Below, one piece after another: positions 50,683 to 59,257 of a stretch of DNA of 64,000 bases. The notes beneath the pieces are model-generated. The model was not told where the DNA came from and ran no database searches. It worked only from the letters and a program-made list of their open reading frames with translations. This DNA comes from a bacterium (lineage in GTDB: Bacteria > Armatimonadota > Zipacnadia > Zipacnadales > UBA11051): the NCBI GenBank assembly GCA_021372615.1, contig JAJFUB010000093.1:7912-71911 (forward strand), read 5' to 3'. The position numbers were made by a program, and so were the translations under genes. Each line of letters begins with the position of its first letter. Position 1 is the first letter of the stretch.

Positions 50683-51620
50683 GGAGGCCCCTGCCCCTCG
50701 CGATGGCGCTGCTCGCGTTGAGCGCCCTCCCTCTGGGGGCCGCGCCCACGGTCCACACCGGCTGGCCGTTTGACAGCGCCGAGGCGAAGCGACGGCAGGC
50801 GGAGACGGCGCGGGCCCTGGGCTGCGCCACCGAGCGCACGCTGGACCTGCCTGGCGGAGGGCAGCTCACGCTGGTGCTCATCCCGGCCGGCGAGTTCACG
50901 ATGGGCGCCCCGCCAGGCGAGCCGCATCCCGACCCCGATGAGGTCCCCGCCTTCAAGGTCATCGTTTCGCGCCCGCTGTGGGTGAGCCAGTGCGAGATCA
51001 CGAACGGGCAGTTCCGCCTGTTCCGTCCCGACCACGACAGCCGCGCCATTGACACCCACTGGAAGGACCGCGTGGGGCCGGGGCCGTCGCTCAACGGCGA
51101 CCAGCAGCCGGCGGTGCGCCTCTCGTGGTTCGCCGCACGCGACTTCTGCCTGTGGCTCGGGAAGACCACGGGCCTGAACTGCCGCCTGCCGGATGAGACC
51201 GAGTGGGAGTATGCCTGCCGCGCCGGCACGGACACGCCCTGGGTGTGCGCGCCGGGCGAGTTGGCGCGCGTGGCCAACTTCGCTGACGCCAGCCTGCGCA
51301 GCCTGAAGCCGTGGGCGCTGCGTGACGACACCCAGAACGATCGTGCCGCGGCCTCGGCGGACGTGGGGCGGTACGAGCCGAATGCCTGGGGGCTGCGGGA
51401 CATGCACGGGAACGTGGCGGAGTGGTGTGGCAGCGACTACGGGCCGTACCCGCTGGCGGAGAAGCGCTCGGCGAGTGAGAGCGCCCCGAAGGCCGTGCGC
51501 GGGGGCTCGTGGGACGACCGGCTGCGGCGCGTGCGGTCAGCGTTCCGGCAGAGCTACGCGCCGGACTATGCGGTGTACAACGTGGGGTTCCGGGTGGTGT
51601 GTGACGTGGAGGGGAAGTAG
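50679..51620 (+). CDS. Exported FGE-sulfatase/SUMF1-fold protein
   Basis: LVLIPAGEFTMG, EITNGQF, PAVRLSW..A..FC.WL, RLPDETEWEYACRAG, PNAWGLRDMHGNVAEW, RGGSW and NVGFRVV. ATGA coupling to the HzsA-like gene. Confidence 0.9.
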   Translation: MRRPLPLAMALLALSALPLGAAPTVHTGWPFDSAEAKRRQAETARALGCATERTLDLPGGGQLTLVLIPAGEFTMGAPPGEPHPDPDEVPAFKVIVSRPLWVSQCEITNGQFRLFRPDHDSRAIDTHWKDRVGPGPSLNGDQQPAVRLSWFAARDFCLWLGKTTGLNCRLPDETEWEYACRAGTDTPWVCAPGELARVANFADASLRSLKPWALRDDTQNDRAAASADVGRYEPNAWGLRDMHGNVAEWCGSDYGPYPLAEKRSASESAPKAVRGGSWDDRLRRVRSAFRQSYAPDYAVYNVGFRVVCDVEGK

Positions 51621-51636
51621 AGGACGCCGTTCGCCT

Positions 51637-54600
51637 CTACTCCCCCGTCGCCGCCAGGACCCGTTTCTTCATCTCGACGTAGCCAGCCTCGTTCGTGCTC
51701 CCCCAGGTCTGCTTGCATTGCCCCCAACCGCCCGCGCCGGTTGCCAGCGGGGCTTGCAGGACCCGGCTCTCCAGCGGCGCCGCCACGTTCACCAACGCCG
51801 CCAGCGGCTGATCGCTCATCCCCGCATGACAGGAGTTGCACGACTGCGCCACGTAGGCGCGGAGTGCCTTGACACCCGCCTCCGACGGGGCACGGCGCTC
51901 GTGGCGCTGGAAGCTGTAGTCGCCGTAGTACTGGCCGTTCAGGTCCATCCACTCGGCGATCCGCGTGAAGCTGTCGCGGTCGAGCTTCGCCTTGCCGCGA
52001 TGCTCGTCGAGCAGGAAGCGGGCCAGCTTCCCCGCCTGGGCGCCGTAGTCACCCGGCTGGCTGATGTCGGTCTGCACATTGCGGTAGGCCAGCTTGAGCC
52101 ACCCCGGTCCCGCCACGAGGGCATCGTACGCTTCGTTGAACTGCGCCGTGGGCGTCCCCAGCAGGCTGAGGCCGGCGGCGCGGTGCTTGAGGCCGTGGCA
52201 GCGGAGACACGAGCGATCCAGGACGGGCTGCACCGTGCGGGCGAAGCTGAAGCCGCCCGGGTACTGGGGGCCCGGTGGCGGTGTCAGGGCCTGGGCGGTG
52301 GCCGCGTGTTCATAGCGCCTGGCCACCGGTGACGACCCGCGCGGCTCATGGCAGCCGGCGCAACTCATCGTCTCGCCAGGCTGCAGGTACACCTGGCTGC
52401 GCATGCTGAACAGCGAGACGTTGTTCTCGTCGAGGAGCTGGAACAGCAGCGGGCGCCGGGCCGGGGCGCGGAAGGCCGCCGAGCCATCGGCCGCCACCGG
52501 CACCGTCCCCACGACCGACTTGACGATCTCCTGGCTGACGGCGCTGCGCTCGGCGGCGCTGGCCGTCGGTTGCTCGTGCATCGCCACCACCCGCAGGGTC
52601 TTCACACTCCCCGGCTCCAGCGGCACGAAGCTGTTGTAGACGTTCTGGACGAGGAACACCCCATCGGTCTGGCCGGGCGTCAGGGCCGAGGGGATGGTGG
52701 GCGGCAGCGGGCGTGGCTGGACGGGCAGCGGCGCGAAGCAACACGTCGCCGGATCGCGGTAGAGCAGCTCCCGCCCGCCGAGGGTGTCCACGAGATGGAC
52801 GCCGTAGCCGTCAGGCCGGGCGACCTTGCCCTGCGTGATGAGCGGGTTGGGGTCATATGCCGCCAGGAACAGATCGGACGACAGCGGGCAGGGGTCGGTG
52901 TACGAGCCCATGGACCAGCCCTCGGTCTCCGGGAAGCTGCACTCGGGCGTGATCCGTGTGACCGGGTCCATCCCCTCTTCCCCGGCGCGGCGGTTCACCG
53001 TGAAGATCGAGCCGGCGCTGTAGGAGTGGTGCGCCGTGGCCAGCGCGACCAGCAGGTCGGTGCCGGGGATCGCCTTCGCCTGGGCGGCCATGCACGGGTT
53101 GCGTGTGGAGTTGGCGTAGTAGTGCGCCGTCGCGGTGCCGTCCGGGCGCGTGGTCCAGAGGCTCTGGAAGAGCACGTCGTGCCGGTTGATGTAGTCCCAG
53201 CGCGTGTAGATGATCTGCCCGTCGGGCAGCACGCCGGGGTTCCACTCGTTCGCTTCGCCATACGACAGGCGCGTGATCTTGCTGCCATCAGCCTCGCAGC
53301 GGTACAGCACATACGAGGGCGTGTAGCGCCCGCCGTGGCAGCGGCCGAAGCCCTGGTTGCGGGTCGAGACGAAGGCGATCCCGCCATCGGGCAGGTAGCA
53401 CGGGTCGAAGTCCTCGATCAGCACCGTCTGGCGGCCGTCCCAGCCCTCGAGCGGGTCCACGCCGGCCTTCCCGGTGATCTGCCGCACCTGCCGGGTCTGC
53501 AGGTCGAGTTCATACAGGAAGAAGCGGCGCTGCTCGCGGGGCTCGACCGTGTTGTCGCAGTAGTTGAAGACGACCCGCCGGGCGTCGAAGGACAGGTCGG
53601 GATGGCCGACGGTGCCGCGCGGCAGGCGGTCCCGGAGCAGGACCTCCACCTGCGGCTGCGTCTTCCAGTGGCTCAGCATGACGAGGCCGTCGCCGGGTTG
53701 GCTGTGTCGGCCCTCGTACTGGTCCACCATGTGGCTGTACAGCGGCGGGCCGCGCTTGACCAGCAGCATGCGGTCGAAGTCCAGCCGCGGGTGGCTGAGG
53801 ATGATCTCCCGGCGCAGGCGGCGGGTGCGCAGGTACAGGTCCTGCCAGTCTGCCGTGGCGGGCGCGGCCTCGCTGGCCTGCTGCAGGTCCGCCAGCTCGC
53901 GCGCGGCGTCGGGCAGCGGGCGAACGGACTGCACGAAGGCCAGCGTCTGGCGCGCCAACTGCAGGGCGTCCGCCGTCGCGGCGCGGAAGCGGGCGCGGTC
54001 GGCGGCCTCATTGGCCGTGCGCGGGCCCTTGTATGGCGTGTAGGTGGACCAGGGGCTGGAGGAGCTTTCGGTGCAGGGGCGGTCGAGGGCCAGGTTCGTC
54101 TCCGGGTCCGCGGCGCCGTAGAGCTCGACCTCATCGAGGTGCAGGAACTCGCGGCCCGGCTGCTGCAGGCGCACGTAGCGCGCCCGCTGCCCCGTCAGCG
54201 CCACCCGCAGCGGCTTGCCGTCGGTGCCGCCGTGGAAGACCGTGCCATCGTTCTGCCAGACCTGCCGCCAGCTTTGCCCGTCGTCGGAGAGCAGCATCAG
54301 GATGTGCGCGGCGCGGGCAGCGCAATCCTCGCGGTTGTACAGCAGCGCGTGATCGAGCGCGACCACCTGCCCTAGGTCCACCTGCCACCAGGGCTTGTCC
54401 TCCAGTTGCGTATGGAAGCCCGTCCCGCCCTGTTTGACGCCGTCGCAGGCGCCGGGGGCATCGTCCTCGGGCGCGATGGCCGTGCCCGGCGGCAGCCTCT
54501 GGGCTTTGGCCTGCCGCAGCCAGTCCAACTCCAGCAGCAGGTCGTTGATCTGGTCGGGGAAGTCGGCGGCGATGCGGGTGAGCAGCTGGTCGGCGCCGGT

Positions 54601-55185
54601 GTCCAGGCCGAACGCGAAGCCGCACGGTCCGCCGCCCTGGCAGACCTTCAGGAGCAGATCGTTCTTCCCGGCGCGAAGGTTCAACGTCAGGCGCTCATCG
54701 CCCAACACGCAGGCGCGGCCGACGTTGTGGGCCAGGAGCCGCTCGCCGTTGAGCCACACCGTCAGCGTGTCATCGCTGCCCAGCGCGACCGGCAGCGCGC
54801 GGGCCTCCGGGACCGTGATGGTGCGATACAGGTAGGCGGCCATGTTCTCGTTGTCGGGGAAGACGGCCAGGGAGTTGCTCTCGCCATCGCGGAACGCGCC
54901 GCGCTGCCAGCGGACCTCATGCCCGCCCTTGCCGGGGTACGCGGCGTGCAGGTCCACTTTCTCTTCCGGGGGATACTTCGTGTCGAAGCCCGCGCCGTTG
55001 GTGGAGTCGAAGGGGCCGATGACGTACCAGGGGCCGAGGGTCGCCACCGCCGAGGCCGCCGCCTGCGAGGCGACGTAGGTCTCGCGCGCGGTGGCGCGCT
55101 TGACATAGGCGCCCTGCGCGTGCAGCGGCGCCCACGCCAGCCAGGCCAGGCACAAGGCCATCGTCATGCGCAGCACGGGACGCAT
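51637..55185 (-). CDS. Second HzsA-like heme c protein with PA14-like and F5/8 (discoidin) domains
   Basis: Signal peptide, LGSDDTLTVWLNG, FHTQLEDKPWWQVDLG, DPCYLPDGGIAFVSTR, GQIIYTRWDY, VGTVPVAADGSAAFRAP, and the hemes CAGCH, CLRCH and CNSCH. Start placed at ATG 55185. Confidence 0.82.
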   Translation of the reverse strand: MRPVLRMTMALCLAWLAWAPLHAQGAYVKRATARETYVASQAAASAVATLGPWYVIGPFDSTNGAGFDTKYPPEEKVDLHAAYPGKGGHEVRWQRGAFRDGESNSLAVFPDNENMAAYLYRTITVPEARALPVALGSDDTLTVWLNGERLLAHNVGRACVLGDERLTLNLRAGKNDLLLKVCQGGGPCGFAFGLDTGADQLLTRIAADFPDQINDLLLELDWLRQAKAQRLPPGTAIAPEDDAPGACDGVKQGGTGFHTQLEDKPWWQVDLGQVVALDHALLYNREDCAARAAHILMLLSDDGQSWRQVWQNDGTVFHGGTDGKPLRVALTGQRARYVRLQQPGREFLHLDEVELYGAADPETNLALDRPCTESSSSPWSTYTPYKGPRTANEAADRARFRAATADALQLARQTLAFVQSVRPLPDAARELADLQQASEAAPATADWQDLYLRTRRLRREIILSHPRLDFDRMLLVKRGPPLYSHMVDQYEGRHSQPGDGLVMLSHWKTQPQVEVLLRDRLPRGTVGHPDLSFDARRVVFNYCDNTVEPREQRRFFLYELDLQTRQVRQITGKAGVDPLEGWDGRQTVLIEDFDPCYLPDGGIAFVSTRNQGFGRCHGGRYTPSYVLYRCEADGSKITRLSYGEANEWNPGVLPDGQIIYTRWDYINRHDVLFQSLWTTRPDGTATAHYYANSTRNPCMAAQAKAIPGTDLLVALATAHHSYSAGSIFTVNRRAGEEGMDPVTRITPECSFPETEGWSMGSYTDPCPLSSDLFLAAYDPNPLITQGKVARPDGYGVHLVDTLGGRELLYRDPATCCFAPLPVQPRPLPPTIPSALTPGQTDGVFLVQNVYNSFVPLEPGSVKTLRVVAMHEQPTASAAERSAVSQEIVKSVVGTVPVAADGSAAFRAPARRPLLFQLLDENNVSLFSMRSQVYLQPGETMSCAGCHEPRGSSPVARRYEHAATAQALTPPPGPQYPGGFSFARTVQPVLDRSCLRCHGLKHRAAGLSLLGTPTAQFNEAYDALVAGPGWLKLAYRNVQTDISQPGDYGAQAGKLARFLLDEHRGKAKLDRDSFTRIAEWMDLNGQYYGDYSFQRHERRAPSEAGVKALRAYVAQSCNSCHAGMSDQPLAALVNVAAPLESRVLQAPLATGAGGWGQCKQTWGSTNEAGYVEMKKRVLAATGE

Positions 55186-55240
55186 AGTGACCAGTTCGAC
55201 GGGCGGGGAGGGCTTTCCTGTTGGCGCCGCCGACCGGGCC

Positions 55241-56005
55241 CTACCGCAACTGCGCCAGGGCCGCCCGCGCCCCGCTGAGCATGTGGCCGGCTTCGTCGCC
55301 CACGCCGACGAAGCGGAAGCCCTCGTCGAGACGCTGGCGGCCGATCTGGGGCGTCGGGGCGTAGATGCCGGGGGCGACCCCATGGGCCTCGGCGCGCTCG
55401 CGGATGTGGGCGACAGTCTCGATGAAGCGCGGGTCGCCATGGGACTCGAAGGGGCTCAAGCCCATCGAGGCGCTCAGGTCGTTGGGGCCGATGAAGGCGA
55501 CATCCACGCCCGGCACACTGAGGATGTCGTCGAGGGCGTCCACGGCCTCCACCTGCTCGATCTGCACGATGACCAGGGTCTCGTCGTTGGCGTGCTCGAA
55601 GTATGTCCGGGCGTCTGTCTCGAAGCCGATCACGGCGAGGGTGGGGCCATAGCCGCGGAGGCCCTGCGGCGGGTACTTGGCCCACGCGACGGCCTGTTCC
55701 ACGTCGGCGCGGCTACTCTGCATGGGGAAGATGACGCCGAAGGCGCCGCTGTCGAGCGCGTGCTTCACGTTCTCGTTGGTGTTCCACGGCACGCGCACGA
55801 TGGGCGTCGAGCCGGCGTGGGCGATCAGCTGGCACATGATCGCGGCCGTCTGGTAGTCGGTGCTGCTGTGCTCCAGGTCAATGGTGAGCCAGTCGAAGCC
55901 CACGGTGGTCATCTGCAGCGCGGCGACCGGGTCGGGCAGCGTGAGCCACGAGCCGACGGTGGCGCGGCCCTCGCGCAGGGCTTGTTTGACGGTGTTGGTG
56001 CGCAT
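55241..56005 (-). CDS. HpcH/HpaI class II aldolase family protein
   Basis: GFDWLTIDLEHS, IVRVPWN, PPQGLRG, VQIE and FIGPNDLS. Confidence 0.92.
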   Translation of the reverse strand: MRTNTVKQALREGRATVGSWLTLPDPVAALQMTTVGFDWLTIDLEHSSTDYQTAAIMCQLIAHAGSTPIVRVPWNTNENVKHALDSGAFGVIFPMQSSRADVEQAVAWAKYPPQGLRGYGPTLAVIGFETDARTYFEHANDETLVIVQIEQVEAVDALDDILSVPGVDVAFIGPNDLSASMGLSPFESHGDPRFIETVAHIRERAEAHGVAPGIYAPTPQIGRQRLDEGFRFVGVGDEAGHMLSGARAALAQLR

Positions 56006-56053
56006 GGTGTCTCCCTTGCCTGGATACCGTGGGGTTCGCGGGCGCGGCTGTCT

Positions 56054-57298
56054 CTACCTGCGGTTCGCGTCGGCCACCGCGCGGATGGCGGCGGCCGCGA
56101 TCTCGCAGTGCTGTTCGGTGTACTTCTCGCAGAGTGTGGCCCAGCGGATGAAGCGCTGCAGGAACTCGGCCGCCACCGGGGTGCTGTCGGCGCCGTAGTG
56201 GTAGGTGCGGCTGGCGGGAGGCCGGGAGAACGGGAAGCGCTCGGCGCGCGCGTACTGCTCGAGGAACGTGCAGGCCTCGGGCATCAGGTAGTACGCGCCC
56301 ATGCCGACGGCCGGGATGACGTCGGTCAGTTGCGCGGCGAACGCGGCGGTGTCGCAGGCGAACCGCTCGGGCTCGATCGTGAAGCCGAACATCCAGCAGG
56401 AGTACACCTCCTGCCAGGGCGGAATGGGGAGGGCCTGCACGCCGGGGATCTCGTCGAGCAGGTCGGTCAGCAGCCGGGCCATCCGGTCGCGTGTGGCCAC
56501 GTTCTCGCCGATGATCTCCAGTTGGGCCAGGGTGATCGCCGCGGTGGATTGCGTCATGCGGAAGGCATAGCCCGGCTCGGTGTGCAGGCGTCCGTAGCCG
56601 GGCTTGCCCACGCCGCCGCGACTGTGGCCGATGAACCGCAGGCGCTCGGCCAGTGCGTCGTCATCGGTCACCACACAACCCCCGACATCGGAGCCGAGGG
56701 TCTTCTCCGAGTCAAACGAGAAGCCGGCCGCGCGCCCGATGGTCCCGGCGAGGCGGCCCTTGTAGGTGCTGAAGGCGCCCTGGCAGGCGTCCTCGTAGAC
56801 GATCAGCCCGTGGCGGTCGGCCAGGGCGAGGATGGGGTCCATGTCACACATCAGGCCGGTCTTGTGGACGCACAGCAGGCCCCGCGTCCGGTCGGTGATC
56901 AGCGGCGCGATCGTGTCGGCGCTCATGTTGATCGTGCCGGGGGCGGTGTCGGCGAAGACGGGAATGTAGCCCTCGCGGAACAGGCCCTGGATCGTGCCAT
57001 AGTCGGTGACGCAATTGACGATGATCTCGTCCCCCGGCTCGAAGGGGAAGGCGGCGGCGAGAATCGCCAGGGCAGGGGTACAGCCGGGCGTGGAGATGCA
57101 GTGCTTCACGCCGAGGGCCCTGGCGAAGGCCGTTTCAAAGCGGGTGACCATGTCGCTGGTCAGGCCGCTGTCCACGACCTCCTGGAGGTACCCCATGGCG
57201 TTGGGGCCAATGGCCCGCGGGAAGGGGTTGGGCAGTTGACCCTTCAGGTGGGCGATGGCGGCGGCTCCGTACTGAGCGCGTTGGTGTGAACCGGGCAT
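56054..57298 (-). CDS. DegT/DnrJ/EryC1/StrS family PLP aminotransferase
   Basis: FETAFA, PGDEIIV, PVFADT, VHKTG, IVYEDACQG and FSFDSEKTLGSDVGG (PLP lysine). Confidence 0.9.
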   Translation of the reverse strand: MPGSHQRAQYGAAAIAHLKGQLPNPFPRAIGPNAMGYLQEVVDSGLTSDMVTRFETAFARALGVKHCISTPGCTPALAILAAAFPFEPGDEIIVNCVTDYGTIQGLFREGYIPVFADTAPGTINMSADTIAPLITDRTRGLLCVHKTGLMCDMDPILALADRHGLIVYEDACQGAFSTYKGRLAGTIGRAAGFSFDSEKTLGSDVGGCVVTDDDALAERLRFIGHSRGGVGKPGYGRLHTEPGYAFRMTQSTAAITLAQLEIIGENVATRDRMARLLTDLLDEIPGVQALPIPPWQEVYSCWMFGFTIEPERFACDTAAFAAQLTDVIPAVGMGAYYLMPEACTFLEQYARAERFPFSRPPASRTYHYGADSTPVAAEFLQRFIRWATLCEKYTEQHCEIAAAAIRAVADANRR

Positions 57299-57384
57299 CG
57301 GGACATCATCCCTTCGTGGCGAGACGAACCGTGTGAGTCGCCCCTCCGGGGCTCCGGGCGAGGGAGGGAAGGAGGGGCGGCGGA

Positions 57385-57595
57385 GGGACGGGGGCTTCCG
57401 CCCCCGCCTAGATTGAGCCGGCCCTCCGGGCCTTACGGCGACGGCGTCACGGCAACGGCGCCGGGTGCCACGGCCAGGCTCCCTGGCCGTGCCGGGGTCG
57501 CTGATGCACTGCCAGCGGGGCTGGCAGTGGCACCCACGCGGTGGTGAGCGCCGGAGGCGCGGCTCACGCTAGGCGGGGGCGGAAGCCCCGGTCCC
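57385..57595. repeat. Highly structured intergenic element (long terminal inverted repeats enclosing a multibranch fold)
   Basis: Outer arms 57385-57428 and 57551-57595. Inner stem GGGTGC/GCACCC encloses the hairpins CACGGCCAGG/CCTGGCCGTG and CACTGCCAGC/GCTGGCAGTG. Confidence 0.7.
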
Positions 57596-57637
57596 CGGCG
57601 TCGCCCTCTCCCCCTTCGCCCCCTCTGATGGCGGAGG

Positions 57638-58405
57638 CTAGGCGCTGAGTCGCGCCATCGCTGCCGCGCCCAGAGCGAAGGTCTCCTCCGCCTCGGCGGC
57701 GGTGCCGATGCCCACGACCACACCGTTCACCCCCGCCACGGAGGCGACGTACTCCATGCCCTCGGCCGGCGCGATCCGCCCCATCGCCAGCGGCTTCATG
57801 GCGACGATCTGCTTGCTGGAGGCCCGCACGGCGCCCAGCACCTGCTCGACGCACGGACACATCCGCCAGGCGATCTTGTTGATCGGCGTGTTGACGACCG
57901 CCACGTCGAAGTCCTCGGCCACCGGAAGGGTCTCGCCGCCGTTGTGGGAGGACATGCCGGGCACAAAGCCCAGATCGCGGATCTCAGCGAGCATCTCGGC
58001 GAACTCGGGGGCGAACGTGCGCTCGGAGCGGCGGAAGAAGGAGTCGGTGCTCTGGCCGTGGACGAGGCAGACCTGGCAGCTCACCCGGCGCAGCCAGTCG
58101 GCGCGCTCGCGTACGCCCGGCGACACGATGACGAAGTTCGCTAGCTCCACCCCGCTCTGCTCCTGGGCCTGCTCAATGGCCTCGCCAATCGCCTCGTTGT
58201 AGCTGATCATCATGCTTCGCACACCGGCGGCGATGGCGGCAAGGATGATGTCGCGGATCGGCTCGGGGCCGCAGAACCGGGCCTGGTACTCCTGCGACCG
58301 CGCCCCACTGAGATACGAGTAGCCCAGGAAGGGATTGTGCCCCAGGATCAGCCGCGTGAAGGTGCGGTCCTCGACGGCGAAGGTGGGCAGGACGGCGGCG
58401 CTCAT
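57638..58405 (-). CDS. Aldo/keto-reductase-like TIM-barrel protein
   Basis: RLILGHNPF, CLVHG, PGMSSH, TPIN and AMKPLAMGR. Start placed at ATG 58405. Confidence 0.65.
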   Translation of the reverse strand: MSAAVLPTFAVEDRTFTRLILGHNPFLGYSYLSGARSQEYQARFCGPEPIRDIILAAIAAGVRSMMISYNEAIGEAIEQAQEQSGVELANFVIVSPGVRERADWLRRVSCQVCLVHGQSTDSFFRRSERTFAPEFAEMLAEIRDLGFVPGMSSHNGGETLPVAEDFDVAVVNTPINKIAWRMCPCVEQVLGAVRASSKQIVAMKPLAMGRIAPAEGMEYVASVAGVNGVVVGIGTAAEAEETFALGAAAMARLSA

Positions 58406-58480
58406 GGATGACCTCTCTGGTAGCAGACTGCGACGGGTATTCGCGGCCCGGGGTCCGCGGCCCTGCCTCCCGCAGCGAAC

Positions 58481-58511
58481 GGGCCCACTTCCCGCATCGG
58501 GAGGTGGGCCC
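58481..58511. terminator. Hairpin downstream of the DUF1559 gene
   Basis: GGGCCCACTTCCC-GCATC-GGGAGGTGGGCCC. No clear U-tract. Confidence 0.4.
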
Positions 58512-58537
58512 ACGCCGTGTGCGCAGAGGACGGTGGG

Positions 58538-59131
58538 CTACTTGGCGCCCAGGGTGCCCAGGTACGATGGACAGCCGCTGCGGTCATACACCACGTTGTA
58601 CTTCAGGGACTTGACATGGCCGTCGGCGAAGGCAGCATTGCCCATCTCGTTGTGGCGGGCATCGAACCGGCCATTGACGCAGTCGCCATGCGAGCACGTG
58701 CCCAGGCCGGCCCGCCAGAAGCCCCGGGTGGAGTTCGTATCACAGCACAGGATGGTCTCGGCAGGCCTGCCGATGTCGCCCAGGGCGTAGCCGGCGCGTG
58801 GAATCTGCACGTGCCAGCCGTAGCCCAGCGAGCCGGAAGTCCACGACGGGCACTTCCTCAGTTGGTCGTTCTTGGTGTAGGGCTGGAAGAGGTCATACCA
58901 CATGGGGAACCCCTCGGTGCTGCTGGGGTTCATGGTCTGGGAGGGGACGCGCTCGTCATAGTCCTGGGCGTACATCAGCCCGGCGAGCATGAGTTGCTTG
59001 AGGTTGGATTGACACGTGGCCTGCCGCGCCTTCTCGCGGGCCTTGGCGAAGACAGGGAAGAGAATCGCCGCGAGGATGGCGATGATCGCAATGACCACGA
59101 GCAACTCAATGAGCGTGAAACCTCGGCGCAT
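58538..59131 (-). CDS. Prepilin-type N-terminal cleavage/methylation, DUF1559-like protein with an H-X9-DG motif
   Basis: [45 protein letters not shown] and a C-terminal [16 protein letters not shown]. Confidence 0.93.
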   Translation of the reverse strand: MRRGFTLIELLVVIAIIAILAAILFPVFAKAREKARQATCQSNLKQLMLAGLMYAQDYDERVPSQTMNPSSTEGFPMWYDLFQPYTKNDQLRKCPSWTSGSLGYGWHVQIPRAGYALGDIGRPAETILCCDTNSTRGFWRAGLGTCSHGDCVNGRFDARHNEMGNAAFADGHVKSLKYNVVYDRSGCPSYLGTLGAK

Positions 59132-59257
59132 CTCAGATCACTCCCTTGCAGAGAACTGATGCTGAGTCTGAGGCTCACGGACCCGCAACTGGCCCGCGCT
59201 ATGGCACGTATTCATCGCATCTGTGGCACATTCCTGCTACTTCGGGAGTAAGGCGCA

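Noticed and set aside
45558-55185. Bona fide anammox hydrazine synthase
   Set aside because: The sugar-binding accessory domains, the absence of other anammox genes and the lack of verified active-site residues support only a claim of architectural similarity.
59202-59240. Sigma54 promoter from two TGGCAC motifs
   Set aside because: The GG-to-GC spacing is 9 nt or GC is absent instead of the required 10 nt, and the motifs face away from the adjacent gene start.
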